From an uncultured Nitrososphaerota archaeon (GTDB lineage: Archaea > Thermoproteota > Nitrososphaeria > Nitrososphaerales > Gagatemarchaeaceae): DNA of 64,000 nucleotides. The stretch is from NCBI GenBank assembly GCA_963838925.1, contig CAWISW010000001.1, positions 160,001-224,000 on the forward strand, in the 5' to 3' direction. The position numbers and the translations under genes were made by a program. Under the pieces are notes generated by a model, which was not told the origin of the DNA, did not search any database, and worked only from the letters and a program-made list of their open reading frames with translations. Below are positions 38,299 through 47,801 of this stretch, piece by piece (the stretch's first letter is position 1; each line of letters opens with the position of its first letter).

Positions 38299-38342
38299 CC
38301 CCTTCCTCATTTTATATATCCCGTGAGGGGCGATGATATCGA

Positions 38343-39374
38343 ATGGGACTAGGAAGGTACGTCGCTCGGAGGGGCGTCAACCTCGTGCTCCTCCTCGTCG
38401 TCATAGTCGCCTTCAACTTCGTCCTCTTCCAGATCGTCCCGTTCACGGTCTCCTGCCCGGGGATTAGCTACAACCAGTGCGCCCAGCTCCTCTACGTCCC
38501 TCCCGCGCCCGCGAAGGGAGGGAACGCCTCCGCGATAATAGAGCACGAAAGGGCGCAGGTCATGGCCCAGTTCGGCTTCAACCAGCCCCTCACCACACGG
38601 TTCTACCTGTATTTCGTCAACATGTTCACGGGCCACTACGGGTTCAACATCGGGGGGCTCCTCGGAGGGCCCGTCTGGCAGACCGTGACGGAGCGCGTCC
38701 CCTACACGCTCCTGCTCCTAGGGTCCGCGACCATCGCCGCCTACATCATAGGGATCGGCGTCGGCGTCCTCGCGGCGGCGAAGCGGGGGAAGGTCTTCGA
38801 CATCGGGTCGCTCGCGACCTTCCTCTTCATCAACTCCCTGCCGGTCTTCTTCGTCGGGGGCATCCTGATCATCCTCCAGATACTGCTGGTGAACAAGGCC
38901 TACGTCAACCTCGGGACCCTCACCCTCACGACGTACGGCCTGAACTCGATCCTCCCCACGCTGAGGGCCATGTGGCTGCCCTTCCTGACCCTCACGCTCG
39001 TCAGCATCGGGGGGGTCTACCTCACCATGCGCGCGACCATGCTCGACGTCCTGGGCGAGGACTACATCGTCATGGCGAGGGCGAAGGGGCTCGACGAGAA
39101 CACCGTGCTCTACAAGCACGCCTTCAGGAACGCGGTCATCCCGATAGCCACCCTCTTCGCGCTCTCGATAGGGTTCATCCTGGGCGGGGCGCTGATCACC
39201 GAGACCGTCTTCGACTGGCCGGGGCTGGGCCTCGCGATCTATGTCGCTGTGGTGACGAACGACTTTCCGCTCGAGCAGGCGATGTTCTTCATCATCGCAG
39301 TCACGGTCCTGATCGCGAACTTCGTGGTCGACATCGCATACGGGTTCCTGGACCCGAGGATCAAGACGGGATAA
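38343..39374 (+). CDS. Opp/Dpp ABC permease B
   Basis: EDYIVMARAKGL, ITETVFDWPGLG and DPRI. Confidence 0.95.
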   Translation: MGLGRYVARRGVNLVLLLVVIVAFNFVLFQIVPFTVSCPGISYNQCAQLLYVPPAPAKGGNASAIIEHERAQVMAQFGFNQPLTTRFYLYFVNMFTGHYGFNIGGLLGGPVWQTVTERVPYTLLLLGSATIAAYIIGIGVGVLAAAKRGKVFDIGSLATFLFINSLPVFFVGGILIILQILLVNKAYVNLGTLTLTTYGLNSILPTLRAMWLPFLTLTLVSIGGVYLTMRATMLDVLGEDYIVMARAKGLDENTVLYKHAFRNAVIPIATLFALSIGFILGGALITETVFDWPGLGLAIYVAVVTNDFPLEQAMFFIIAVTVLIANFVVDIAYGFLDPRIKTG

Positions 39375-39401
39375 ACAGGGGGACAGGGGTGATGAGCGTC
39401 G

Positions 39402-41006
39402 ATAGCCAGCGATAACGAGCGCCCTCGCAGGAGGCGCGGGCAGGGGGGTTTCGTCCAGGGGGCCAAGAGGAACGCCAGGCTCTTCGTAAAGTCAAAGATA
39501 GGCGTCGTGGGGCTGGCAATAATCATCTTCTTCGTGCTTCTGGCGGTCTTCGCCCCCTTCCTCACGCAGAACAACCCCGTCTTCAGCTACAACGTCTCTT
39601 CGCCGTACTCCGTCCCCCAGTGGGCGACCATCTTCCCCCGGTACAGTGACCTGGCCGTCACGTCCTATCCTGTCGACGCCAACTCCTTCGTGACACAGAG
39701 CGACGTCGCGGCATGGAAGTACTCCGGGGTAGGCTACACCGTCGCTGCCGCGCCGTCGGAGGAGCCTCCCGGGAACCTGACAAAGTACACGGGAAGCCTG
39801 TTCGTGAACGCCTCTGCCCCGTCGACGGTCCTGGGCGCGGCGACCAACCCATACCTCCCCGACGGGCAGACGGTCTTCTCGATGTCACAGACCTTCCAGT
39901 ACACCACCAAGCCTCCGACGAACTTCGTCATCAGCGCGTATGTCGACCCCGTCGTCCTCAGGAACGTCTCCTCGGTGTACGTGAACTTCATGATCCAGAG
40001 CCCTACCAAGAACTACTCCCTCAGCTCGATAGGCTCGTACGCGCTCCGCACCGAGGTCCAGATAGCTCCCCAGCAGGCCAACGTCTGGAAGAACGTGACC
40101 ATCCCCAGCGGCCTCCTGCCTCTATCGGGGCTCCCAGGCTTCGGAGGCTCGTCCAACGCGGCGCAGGCGATCTTCAGTCAGCCTGGGAACTACACGTTCA
40201 CGATGCAGCTCCAGGTGGTCCCCTCGGGGGCGGCGGTCCAGACGTCGTTCTACGTGACGGGGGTCACTTTCCACATCCTCGGGAAGGCGTACGGGATCCT
40301 GGGGACGGACATCTACGGGAGGGACCTGTGGTCACAGTTCGTCTACGGCTCAAGGATCTCCTTGCTCATCGGCGTCCTCTCAGCGGTGGGGGCGGTGGGC
40401 ATCGGGACGCTGCTCGGGCTCGTCTCCGGCTACCTCGGGGGAGGGGCAGACGAGGTCATAGGGAGAGTGACCGACTTCGTCCTCGTCCTGCCATTCCTTC
40501 CCCTCGCGATCGTGCTCGTCTCCCTCTTGGGGCAGAACCCCGTCCTCTACCAGAACATCTACTACTGGGTGATAGCACTCTTCGTCGTGCTCTCGTGGCC
40601 GGGCATAACCAGGATCATACGGGGGCAGGTGCTGACCGTGAAGGAGAGGCAGTACGTGGAGGCCTCCCGCGCGCTGGGGGGCGGCCCGCTGCACATCATC
40701 AGAAAGCACATCCTCCCCAACGTCATGGGGCTGGTCTACTCGCAGACCGCGCTGAACGTCTCAGGCTTCATCATCCTCGAGGCTGCGCTGGACTTCCTCG
40801 CGGTCGGGATCCATCCCATCGGCACCATAACCTGGGGCCTCACGCTGACGAACGCCCTCTCGGACGCGCTCACCAACTCGACGGTCGACTACGCCTGGTG
40901 GTGGTTCCTTCCGCCGGGCTTCGCGATCGCGGCCCTGTCACTGGCGTTCGTCCTGGTCGGCTTCGCCCTCGACAGGATATTCAACCCGAGGCTCCGGGCG
41001 AGGTGA
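39402..41006 (+). CDS. Opp/Dpp ABC permease C with a large extracytoplasmic insert; start uncertain (ATA 39402 or GTG 39507)
   Basis: LGTDIYGRD, YVEASRALG, HILPN and NPRLR. Confidence 0.92.
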   Translation: MASDNERPRRRRGQGGFVQGAKRNARLFVKSKIGVVGLAIIIFFVLLAVFAPFLTQNNPVFSYNVSSPYSVPQWATIFPRYSDLAVTSYPVDANSFVTQSDVAAWKYSGVGYTVAAAPSEEPPGNLTKYTGSLFVNASAPSTVLGAATNPYLPDGQTVFSMSQTFQYTTKPPTNFVISAYVDPVVLRNVSSVYVNFMIQSPTKNYSLSSIGSYALRTEVQIAPQQANVWKNVTIPSGLLPLSGLPGFGGSSNAAQAIFSQPGNYTFTMQLQVVPSGAAVQTSFYVTGVTFHILGKAYGILGTDIYGRDLWSQFVYGSRISLLIGVLSAVGAVGIGTLLGLVSGYLGGGADEVIGRVTDFVLVLPFLPLAIVLVSLLGQNPVLYQNIYYWVIALFVVLSWPGITRIIRGQVLTVKERQYVEASRALGGGPLHIIRKHILPNVMGLVYSQTALNVSGFIILEAALDFLAVGIHPIGTITWGLTLTNALSDALTNSTVDYAWWWFLPPGFAIAALSLAFVLVGFALDRIFNPRLRAR

Positions 41007-41017
41007 TCGAGTAGGAC

Positions 41018-42055
41018 ATGGCGACGACGAACTTCGGCAAGCTTGGCGAGAGCGTCCTCGAGGTCTCCGACCTCAAGATGTACTACACCACGTCCGCGGG
41101 CGAGGTCAAGGCGGTCGACGGCCTCAACTTCTCGGTGAAGCGCGGCCAGGTGCTCGGCGTCGTGGGCGAGAGCGGCTGCGGCAAGTCTAGCCTCGCGCTC
41201 ACGATAATGAAGCTCCTGCCCTCGAACTCGAAGATAGTCTCGGGGAAGATACTCGTGAAGGGCACCGACGTGGTCCCCATGCCCGACTCCGAGGTCAGGA
41301 AGAAGATCAGGTGGAGCCAGGTCGCCATGATACCCCAGGGCGCCATGAACTCGCTCAACCCGATATTCAGGGTGGGTGACCAGATCTCAGAGGCCATCCT
41401 GGCCCACAGCTCGGTCTCCAAGGGCGAGGCTCACAAGAAGGCGGTCGAGCTCCTCTCGCTCGTCGGCATCGACCCCTCGAGGGCGAACAACTACCCGCAC
41501 GAGTTCAGCGGGGGCATGAAGCAGCGGGCGATGATAGCGATGTCCCTCGCCCTCGACCCGACCCTCCTCATCGCCGACGAGCCCACGACCGCGCTGGACG
41601 TGATAGTCCAGGCAGGGATCGTCAAGCTCCTCCTCGACGTCAGGGAGAAGCTCGGCGTCGCGATAATCCTGATCACGCACGACCTCGCCCTGGTCGCGCA
41701 GATGAGCGAGGAGGTCGCCATAATGTACGCAGGGAAGTTCACCGAGTTCGGGAGGAGCATAGACGTGTACCACAACGCGCTGCACCCGTACACCATCGGG
41801 CTCCTGCACGCGTTCGCGGACATCAGGAAGCCCAAGGAGAAGCTCACCTCTATACCCGGCTCGCCACCCGACCTCGTAACCCCTCCCAGCGGGTGCAGGT
41901 TCCGCACCAGGTGCGCATACTCCCAAGACCTGTGCGCGAGCAGGGAGCCCCTCCTCGAGGAGGCCATCCCCGGGCACTTCGTCGCGTGCCACTATTGGAA
42001 GGACATCAAGGACGGGCGCGCACAATCCCACGAGCTGCGGGGGTCGCCCCTTTGA
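41018..42055 (+). CDS. Opp/Dpp ABC ATPase D
   Basis: GESGCGKS, FSGGMKQR and C-terminal GCRF..RC. Confidence 0.96.
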   Translation: MATTNFGKLGESVLEVSDLKMYYTTSAGEVKAVDGLNFSVKRGQVLGVVGESGCGKSSLALTIMKLLPSNSKIVSGKILVKGTDVVPMPDSEVRKKIRWSQVAMIPQGAMNSLNPIFRVGDQISEAILAHSSVSKGEAHKKAVELLSLVGIDPSRANNYPHEFSGGMKQRAMIAMSLALDPTLLIADEPTTALDVIVQAGIVKLLLDVREKLGVAIILITHDLALVAQMSEEVAIMYAGKFTEFGRSIDVYHNALHPYTIGLLHAFADIRKPKEKLTSIPGSPPDLVTPPSGCRFRTRCAYSQDLCASREPLLEEAIPGHFVACHYWKDIKDGRAQSHELRGSPL

Positions 42056-42075
42056 CCGGGGGAGGATGGACGGCC

Positions 42076-43113
42076 GTGAAGGGCGGGGACGACGTGCTGC
42101 TCGACGTCGAGCACCTAGTGAAGTTCTTCCAGGTGAGGCGGAGCTTCTCCGAGTCCCTCCGGGGTGGCAAGGCCCCCGTCGTACACGCGGTCGACGGCGT
42201 GAGCTTCTCCGTGAGGAAGGGGAGGATCATGGGCCTTGCAGGCGAGAGCGGGTCCGGCAAGACCACCGTCATACGCCTCCTGCTGAAGCTCACGGAGCCT
42301 ACTTCTGGCTCCGTCTTCTTCAAGGGGGTAGACCTCTCCAAGGCGACGAAGAAGGAGATGAAGAAGTTCAGGCCCAAGCTCCAGGTAGTCTTCCAAGACC
42401 CCTACGAGTCCGTGAACCCTCGCATGAACGTCTTCGACATCGTCTCCGAGGGACTGTTCGTCAACGACCTCGTCTCGTCGCGCGAGGAGGCCGAGAAGAA
42501 GGTCATCCAGGCGCTCGGGGACGTGCAGATCGTCCCGCCCGAGGAGTATCTCTTCCGCTACCCACACGAGCTCTCAGGGGGGCAACGCCAGAGGGTCGCC
42601 ATCGCGAGGGCGCTCGTCCTTGACCCGGAGATCATCCTCGCCGACGAGCCGGTCTCGATGCTCGACGTCTCCATCCGGGCGGAGGTCATCAACGTCCTCC
42701 TGGCGATAAGGGAGAAGCGTGGCATCTCGATACTGATGGTCACCCACGACCTCGCCCTCGCGAAGGACATCGTCGACGACCTCGCCATAATGTACCTCGG
42801 AAAGATAGTCGAGAGCGGGCTCGCAGAGGCGGTCGTGGGAGAGTCCTACCACCCATACACCCAGGCGCTGATAGCGGCCGTCCCAGTCCCGGACCCGGGA
42901 GGCCCCCAGATCAAGGTCCTCGCGACCGGCGAGATACCCACCAACATCTCGCCTCCGAGCGGCTGCCGGTTTCACACGCGCTGCCGCTTCGCGCAGCAGG
43001 TGTGTACGGATACCGAGCCGCCCCTCGCCGAGGTGACCCCCGGACACCTGGTCGCATGCCACTTTTGGGAGCTCGCCCGCAAGACGTTCCAGGACGAGTA
43101 CTCTTCGAGGTGA
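42076..43113 (+). CDS. Opp/Dpp ABC ATPase F
   Basis: GESGSGKT and LSGGQRQR; GTG 42076 preceded by GGAGGA. Confidence 0.96.
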   Translation: MKGGDDVLLDVEHLVKFFQVRRSFSESLRGGKAPVVHAVDGVSFSVRKGRIMGLAGESGSGKTTVIRLLLKLTEPTSGSVFFKGVDLSKATKKEMKKFRPKLQVVFQDPYESVNPRMNVFDIVSEGLFVNDLVSSREEAEKKVIQALGDVQIVPPEEYLFRYPHELSGGQRQRVAIARALVLDPEIILADEPVSMLDVSIRAEVINVLLAIREKRGISILMVTHDLALAKDIVDDLAIMYLGKIVESGLAEAVVGESYHPYTQALIAAVPVPDPGGPQIKVLATGEIPTNISPPSGCRFHTRCRFAQQVCTDTEPPLAEVTPGHLVACHFWELARKTFQDEYSSR

Positions 43114-43940
43114 GGGTACGGACGAGACCCCTTCGCGCCCGAAATGGGGCGGTAGCTGCCCTGGCGATCGCCGCGCTGCTGGTCACCTCCTTCACCCCTC
43201 GCGACGCGTGGGCGAGGACGGTCGGAGTCCAGGCGAACGACTCGCTCGTCTTCGACTACACCGTCTTCACGACCTACGCGACCCCCAACGGGAACCAGAG
43301 CTCGACGCAGAACAACCAGCTGGGCCTCACGGTGCTCTGGACCGACACGACCAAGCCCCAGGGGGTGGTCGCGTACTCCGAGACGATCACCGAGGTCAAC
43401 GGCACACAGGTGAGTGCGCCGACTGCGGCGCAGAACACCACCACGATCCTCGACCCCTACGACAACGACACGTACCTCGGGAACATAGGCTTCTACCCCT
43501 TCACCTACACCGACCTCAAGCCGGGCTCCGCAAACGACCTCAGCGTGTCCCTCGCCGTAGCGGGGACGCCGAGCGGGACGCTCACCGGGGTGCAGGAGGT
43601 CAACGCCACGGTCGGCAGGGAGTCTGGCCTCATCAGCGTGAACTTCACGATCTTCGCGACGGGGTCCGAGCCACCGTCCCAGACGGTGCTCCTATACAAC
43701 GACACCACGGGAGTGCTCACCCAGGGGATAACGTACACCCACTTCTTCAACGTGGAGAAGAACTTCATCTACAAGCTGGTGAGCTTCGGGCATGCGCCCA
43801 CCGGGATCTTCAACCCAAACGTCCAGATACTGATAGTCGCTGCAGTGATAGTCGTGGCAGCGGTGGCGACCGTATGGAGGGTCACATCCGCGCGGGAGAA
43901 GGGGAAGTTCTCGAAGGCGAGGAAGAAGATGGGAAGATGA
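43110..43940 (+). CDS. Secreted protein with C-terminal TM anchor
   Basis: GTGA overlap; signal peptide; Thr/Asn-rich body; TM and basic tail. Confidence 0.75.
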   Translation: MRVRTRPLRARNGAVAALAIAALLVTSFTPRDAWARTVGVQANDSLVFDYTVFTTYATPNGNQSSTQNNQLGLTVLWTDTTKPQGVVAYSETITEVNGTQVSAPTAAQNTTTILDPYDNDTYLGNIGFYPFTYTDLKPGSANDLSVSLAVAGTPSGTLTGVQEVNATVGRESGLISVNFTIFATGSEPPSQTVLLYNDTTGVLTQGITYTHFFNVEKNFIYKLVSFGHAPTGIFNPNVQILIVAAVIVVAAVATVWRVTSAREKGKFSKARKKMGR

Positions 43941-43971
43941 GCGCGGGCGCCGGAGGAGCGAGGTAACAGGC

Positions 43972-44493
43972 ATGTTCCCGAGCGTACCCGGGAGGAAGAG
44001 GGCCAGGCCCTCGCTCCCGAGCGTGGGGCTCTCCCTCGTCATCGCGGTCGCGGCGCTCTACCTTGTGGTGTACCTGTTCGAGGGGTCCGCCTACGTGCCG
44101 ATCTCAGTCGCCCTCCTCATGGCGGCGGGGGTCTACCTCTACCGGTCTAGGAGGCTCAGGAAGCGGCTCCCTTCGCCCCACGGCGACGCCCTGCCGGAGA
44201 CGATAGGGGCAAGGCACATGGCCAGGACGGGGCTCCTGATGGTCGTGGGCGGGCTCGCCTTCGTCGTGCTTCCGCTCGCATCGGTCTTCTTCCTTCCCAT
44301 ACTCTTCTTCATACTCTACCTCGCGCTTCCATTGGGGATCTCGCTCGCCGAGGTGCTCCAGTTCGCGTGGATATCGCGCATCGAGGCAAAGGCTGGGGCC
44401 GAGGTCTACTCAATCACGGAGGAGACCGAGCTCGAAGGCAAGCCAGCGCTCGTAAAGACGACGGTGCTCATCCCCCGGGACGCACCGAGTTGA
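43972..44493 (+). CDS. Hypothetical four-TM membrane protein
   Basis: Four hydrophobic segments; operonic spacing. Confidence 0.7.
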   Translation: MFPSVPGRKRARPSLPSVGLSLVIAVAALYLVVYLFEGSAYVPISVALLMAAGVYLYRSRRLRKRLPSPHGDALPETIGARHMARTGLLMVVGGLAFVVLPLASVFFLPILFFILYLALPLGISLAEVLQFAWISRIEAKAGAEVYSITEETELEGKPALVKTTVLIPRDAPS

Positions 44494-45188
44494 GAGCGAA
44501 GACCCCGAGAGCGAAGGTCGCCGCAAAGGCGAAACTCCGCACAGGGGCGGCTAAAGGGCGCCGTCGCATCCCTCGCGCGATGAAGGTCCGCACCCTCGAC
44601 GTCCCGCTCCCCTCCGTAGAGACGCTAGAGGCGCGCCTCGCTGCGAGGCTCGGGTCGAAGAGCGCGGCAGAGCGCGCGATCCTCCAGGTCGCCGGGGAGC
44701 TGGGAATCCCCGAGGGCGCGCCCCGTAGTGTCTCGGCGGCCCTAGCCCTGACAAAGATGGGGGACGACCCGGGCCGGATCGCGAGCTCCCTTGAATGGAG
44801 CGAGTTCGAGCAATACTGCGCGATGGCGGTCTCCGCGGCGGGCTACACCGTCCGGAGGAACGTGCGCATGCTGAAGCCCACTCGCCAGATCGACATAGTC
44901 GCGGAGTCGCCTTCCCTTGTGCTCTCGATCGACTGCAAGCACTGGAAGAGGAGCGGGGGTGCCGGGCTCCTCGCCGCGCCAGCGGCCGCGCAGCTCGAGA
45001 GGACGAGGATGTTCGCGAAGGCCATGAGGCCGGGCGAAGAGAGGCCTCTCCTGCCCGTGCTTCTCACTCTGTTGGACAACCGGGTGCGACTGTTGGGCGG
45101 CGTGCCCGTCGTCCCGCTCCAGGCCCTAAGGGAGTTCCTCGCCTCGGTGAGCAGGTTCGATGATGGCCTGGCCTTCGTCACCGCCTAG
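44490..45188 (+). CDS. PD-(D/E)xK nuclease, Mrr-catalytic-like
   Basis: WSEFE...QIDIVA...IDCKHW. Confidence 0.8.
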   Translation: MRAKTPRAKVAAKAKLRTGAAKGRRRIPRAMKVRTLDVPLPSVETLEARLAARLGSKSAAERAILQVAGELGIPEGAPRSVSAALALTKMGDDPGRIASSLEWSEFEQYCAMAVSAAGYTVRRNVRMLKPTRQIDIVAESPSLVLSIDCKHWKRSGGAGLLAAPAAAQLERTRMFAKAMRPGEERPLLPVLLTLLDNRVRLLGGVPVVPLQALREFLASVSRFDDGLAFVTA

Positions 45189-45339
45189 CCAGAGGAGTTG
45201 TCTTGGCGTCTCAGTCAAATGCCTTCAGGTCATATGGTGTATCCGTAACTCTGTTACTTCATAGACGCCGTTGCTTTAGAGATGCCCGAGGGTATTAAAG
45301 ATAGGCAGCCCGTCGTCCGGTTCCTCGGTCCTGACAACA

Positions 45340-45915
45340 TTGGTGCTTCACACAGGGAAGAAGGCGATAAGGGCGCTGGGCGTCGCCGAGAGCTTCCGCC
45401 CTTCGGCGAGCAAGTCCACCCTCGCTGGAGTGGTGATGCGGACGGACCTCGTGGTGGACGGGTTCGCCTTCGGCGCCGTGACCGTGGGTGGGAACGACGC
45501 GACGGCCGCCGTCCTGAGGCTCTACCGGCGGCTGAAGCGCGACGACGTCAACCTGATCATCCTGTCGGGCTGCATAATCAGCCGCTACAACATCATCGAC
45601 GTGGACGAGCTGGCGCGCCGCTCTGGGCTCCCAGTGATATGCCTCACGTACAACGAGTCGAGGGGCATAGAGGGCGCGATCAGGGCTCACTTCGACGACC
45701 CGGAGGACAGGATCGAGAGATACAGGAGGCTAGGGAAGCGTTCCACCATCACGCTGCGCACGGGCTACAGGGCTTACGTCAGAAGCGCGCACATAACGGA
45801 GGAGGACGCGAAGACCGTGCTCGACTCCTTCACGCTCCAGGGAGGCTTCCCCGAGCCGGTGAGGCTCGCGAAGCTCCTCGCCAGGTCGGCGTCGAGCCTG
45901 AAGCTGAAGGCCTAG
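45340..45915 (+). CDS. DUF99 family (endonuclease V-like) protein
   Basis: GVAESF, GGNDAT, YNIID and PEPVRLA. Confidence 0.88.
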   Translation: MVLHTGKKAIRALGVAESFRPSASKSTLAGVVMRTDLVVDGFAFGAVTVGGNDATAAVLRLYRRLKRDDVNLIILSGCIISRYNIIDVDELARRSGLPVICLTYNESRGIEGAIRAHFDDPEDRIERYRRLGKRSTITLRTGYRAYVRSAHITEEDAKTVLDSFTLQGGFPEPVRLAKLLARSASSLKLKA

Positions 45916-46775
45916 CCTGCCTTTACTATTATCGTGCCCTTCATCCAGCCGTGAAGGCTGCAGATGTAGTGGTACGTCCCGGGGACTGTCAGTGTCTGAG
46001 TGAAGGTCCCGTTCGGCGCGATGATGTCGGAGTTGGAGGTCCCCGCCCCGCTCGGCACCGTCGTGAATGTCACGGTGTGCGCTGCGACGTCGTCGTTCGT
46101 CCAGACTATCGTGTTGTTGACTCCCACCACGACCGTCGCGTTGTCCGGCCCGAACCCGGGCGACGTCTGGTCGGCCGATGCCCCCTTCAGGATCGATACC
46201 GCGAACCCGTGCGCCGGGAAGGCGCTGCTCTGGGTCGCGGCATTGCTGGTAGACGAGGAGGACGCAGAGGACGAGCTCCCGCTGCTACCGGACCCCGCAA
46301 GCACGATTATCTTGCCCACCATGGTCGTCGGGTGGACGACGCAGTAGTAGGCGTACGTGCCAGGAGAGGTCAGGGTGAATGGTCCCTTGGTGGTCCCGAA
46401 GCCTATCACTCCCGTGTCGAACGGGCAAGGCAGTCCGGACTGCGCGCACGTGTCGGCGGTCAAAGAGTGAAAGACGCCCCCGCTCTGGGAGTCGTTGTTG
46501 AGCACCTGGAACGTGTTGTTCACGCCTATCACGAGCGTGACCACGTCCGGGGAGTAGGCCGTCGTCGTCAGAGTCGCGGCCCCGGGGTTGATGGCGATCG
46601 TGATGCAGCTTGGAGGCGCGCAGCCCGACGCTCCAGATGAGGTCGACGAAGTGCTCGTGCTGCACGATGACGAGGTGCAGTAGACGAACTGGTAGTATCC
46701 CACGGAGGTCACAGCAATCACTATTATCACCGCTATTGCCAAGGCGACGCCGACCGAACCCTTCGGCTGACTCAT
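45912..46775 (-). CDS. Membrane-anchored two-domain blue copper (cupredoxin) protein
   Basis: Two type-1 Cu sites: H...CVVHPTTM and H...CSLHGWM. Confidence 0.92.
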   Translation of the reverse strand: MSQPKGSVGVALAIAVIIVIAVTSVGYYQFVYCTSSSCSTSTSSTSSGASGCAPPSCITIAINPGAATLTTTAYSPDVVTLVIGVNNTFQVLNNDSQSGGVFHSLTADTCAQSGLPCPFDTGVIGFGTTKGPFTLTSPGTYAYYCVVHPTTMVGKIIVLAGSGSSGSSSSASSSSTSNAATQSSAFPAHGFAVSILKGASADQTSPGFGPDNATVVVGVNNTIVWTNDDVAAHTVTFTTVPSGAGTSNSDIIAPNGTFTQTLTVPGTYHYICSLHGWMKGTIIVKAG

Positions 46776-46979
46776 TGCTTGATGCAGGTGTCGCGAATCG
46801 AGGGGTAATAAAATTTTAACGGGCGCTGTAAGCTTAAAAACGGCATTCGAGTGTGGTTCAACCCGGCAGCAATAGTATTGTTAGCTATGACGACGAATGA
46901 CGTAGCTGGCGTGAAAGGGCCCGGTTCCACTATCGGGGCGAGCGGGTGGGCACCAACGTTCTCGAGGGTTGCGATCTAG

Positions 46980-47789
46980 ATGTCAGAGAAGCTCACTAAC
47001 AGCACCGCGCCGCCCGCGCCCCCTGCCCCCCCGCCGCGTCCAGCAGCCTCGCCCCCGAAGCAGAGCAGGAGGAGGTTCCTCACCCTGTTCGCAGTCGTCG
47101 GGGGACTATTGACGCTCGTCCCATGGGTGCCGAACCTCGGCAACTACCTCTCGGCGTCAGTCAGCGGCGCGTCTTCCCTCTCGAAGAACGCTACCATTGT
47201 TCTAGACAACAACACCTCGGAGAACAAGAACGCGGCAGGGAAGACGGTCAACGTCAACGACCTCACGACCTTCCCCCCGAACAGCCATTGGGTCATGACC
47301 TACCCGTCCTCGGGAGACCCCAACCTCGACGGGCAGAACCCCAACACGTTCGTAAAGTTCGAGCTGATCAGGCTGCCCTCGGAGCTGGGCGGCGCCAACA
47401 AGGACGCGAGCGCCTTCGTCGCGTTCAGCAAGGTGTGCGTCCACCTCTGGTGCAGCCCCAACTACAACCCCACGCAGTGCTCGGACGCCAACGAGAACGG
47501 CTACTCCTCCGCTGCAGGATGCGCCACCCACGAGCTCTACGAGTGCCCGTGCCACGGGAGCGGGTACTCTGTCGGAGCGGATGGCAAGGCGGTAGGGGTC
47601 GCCACGCTCGGCCCTGCCTCGGTGCAGCCAGCCCCGACCAACGCGATCCCGCTCCTCACGCTAGCGACGGACTCCTCGGGCAACCTCCAGGTCGTCCCCC
47701 CGGTCTGGGACGTGGACCACAACGGAGTCATCGGATACGGGAGGGTCACAGGGAACGGCGCGTTCGTCGGAGGGTACAACCCTCAGTAG
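46980..47789 (+). CDS. Rieske [2Fe-2S] subunit of a bc-type complex
   Basis: Tat motif SRRRFL; CVHLWC and CPCHGS. Confidence 0.95.
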   Translation: MSEKLTNSTAPPAPPAPPPRPAASPPKQSRRRFLTLFAVVGGLLTLVPWVPNLGNYLSASVSGASSLSKNATIVLDNNTSENKNAAGKTVNVNDLTTFPPNSHWVMTYPSSGDPNLDGQNPNTFVKFELIRLPSELGGANKDASAFVAFSKVCVHLWCSPNYNPTQCSDANENGYSSAAGCATHELYECPCHGSGYSVGADGKAVGVATLGPASVQPAPTNAIPLLTLATDSSGNLQVVPPVWDVDHNGVIGYGRVTGNGAFVGGYNPQ

Positions 47790-47801
47790 AATTGGTGATT
47801 T

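Noticed and set aside
45205-45269. GGCGTCT...AGACGCC inverted repeat in an intergenic gap as an ncRNA
   Set aside because: Only a 7-bp stem, with no recognisable box motifs
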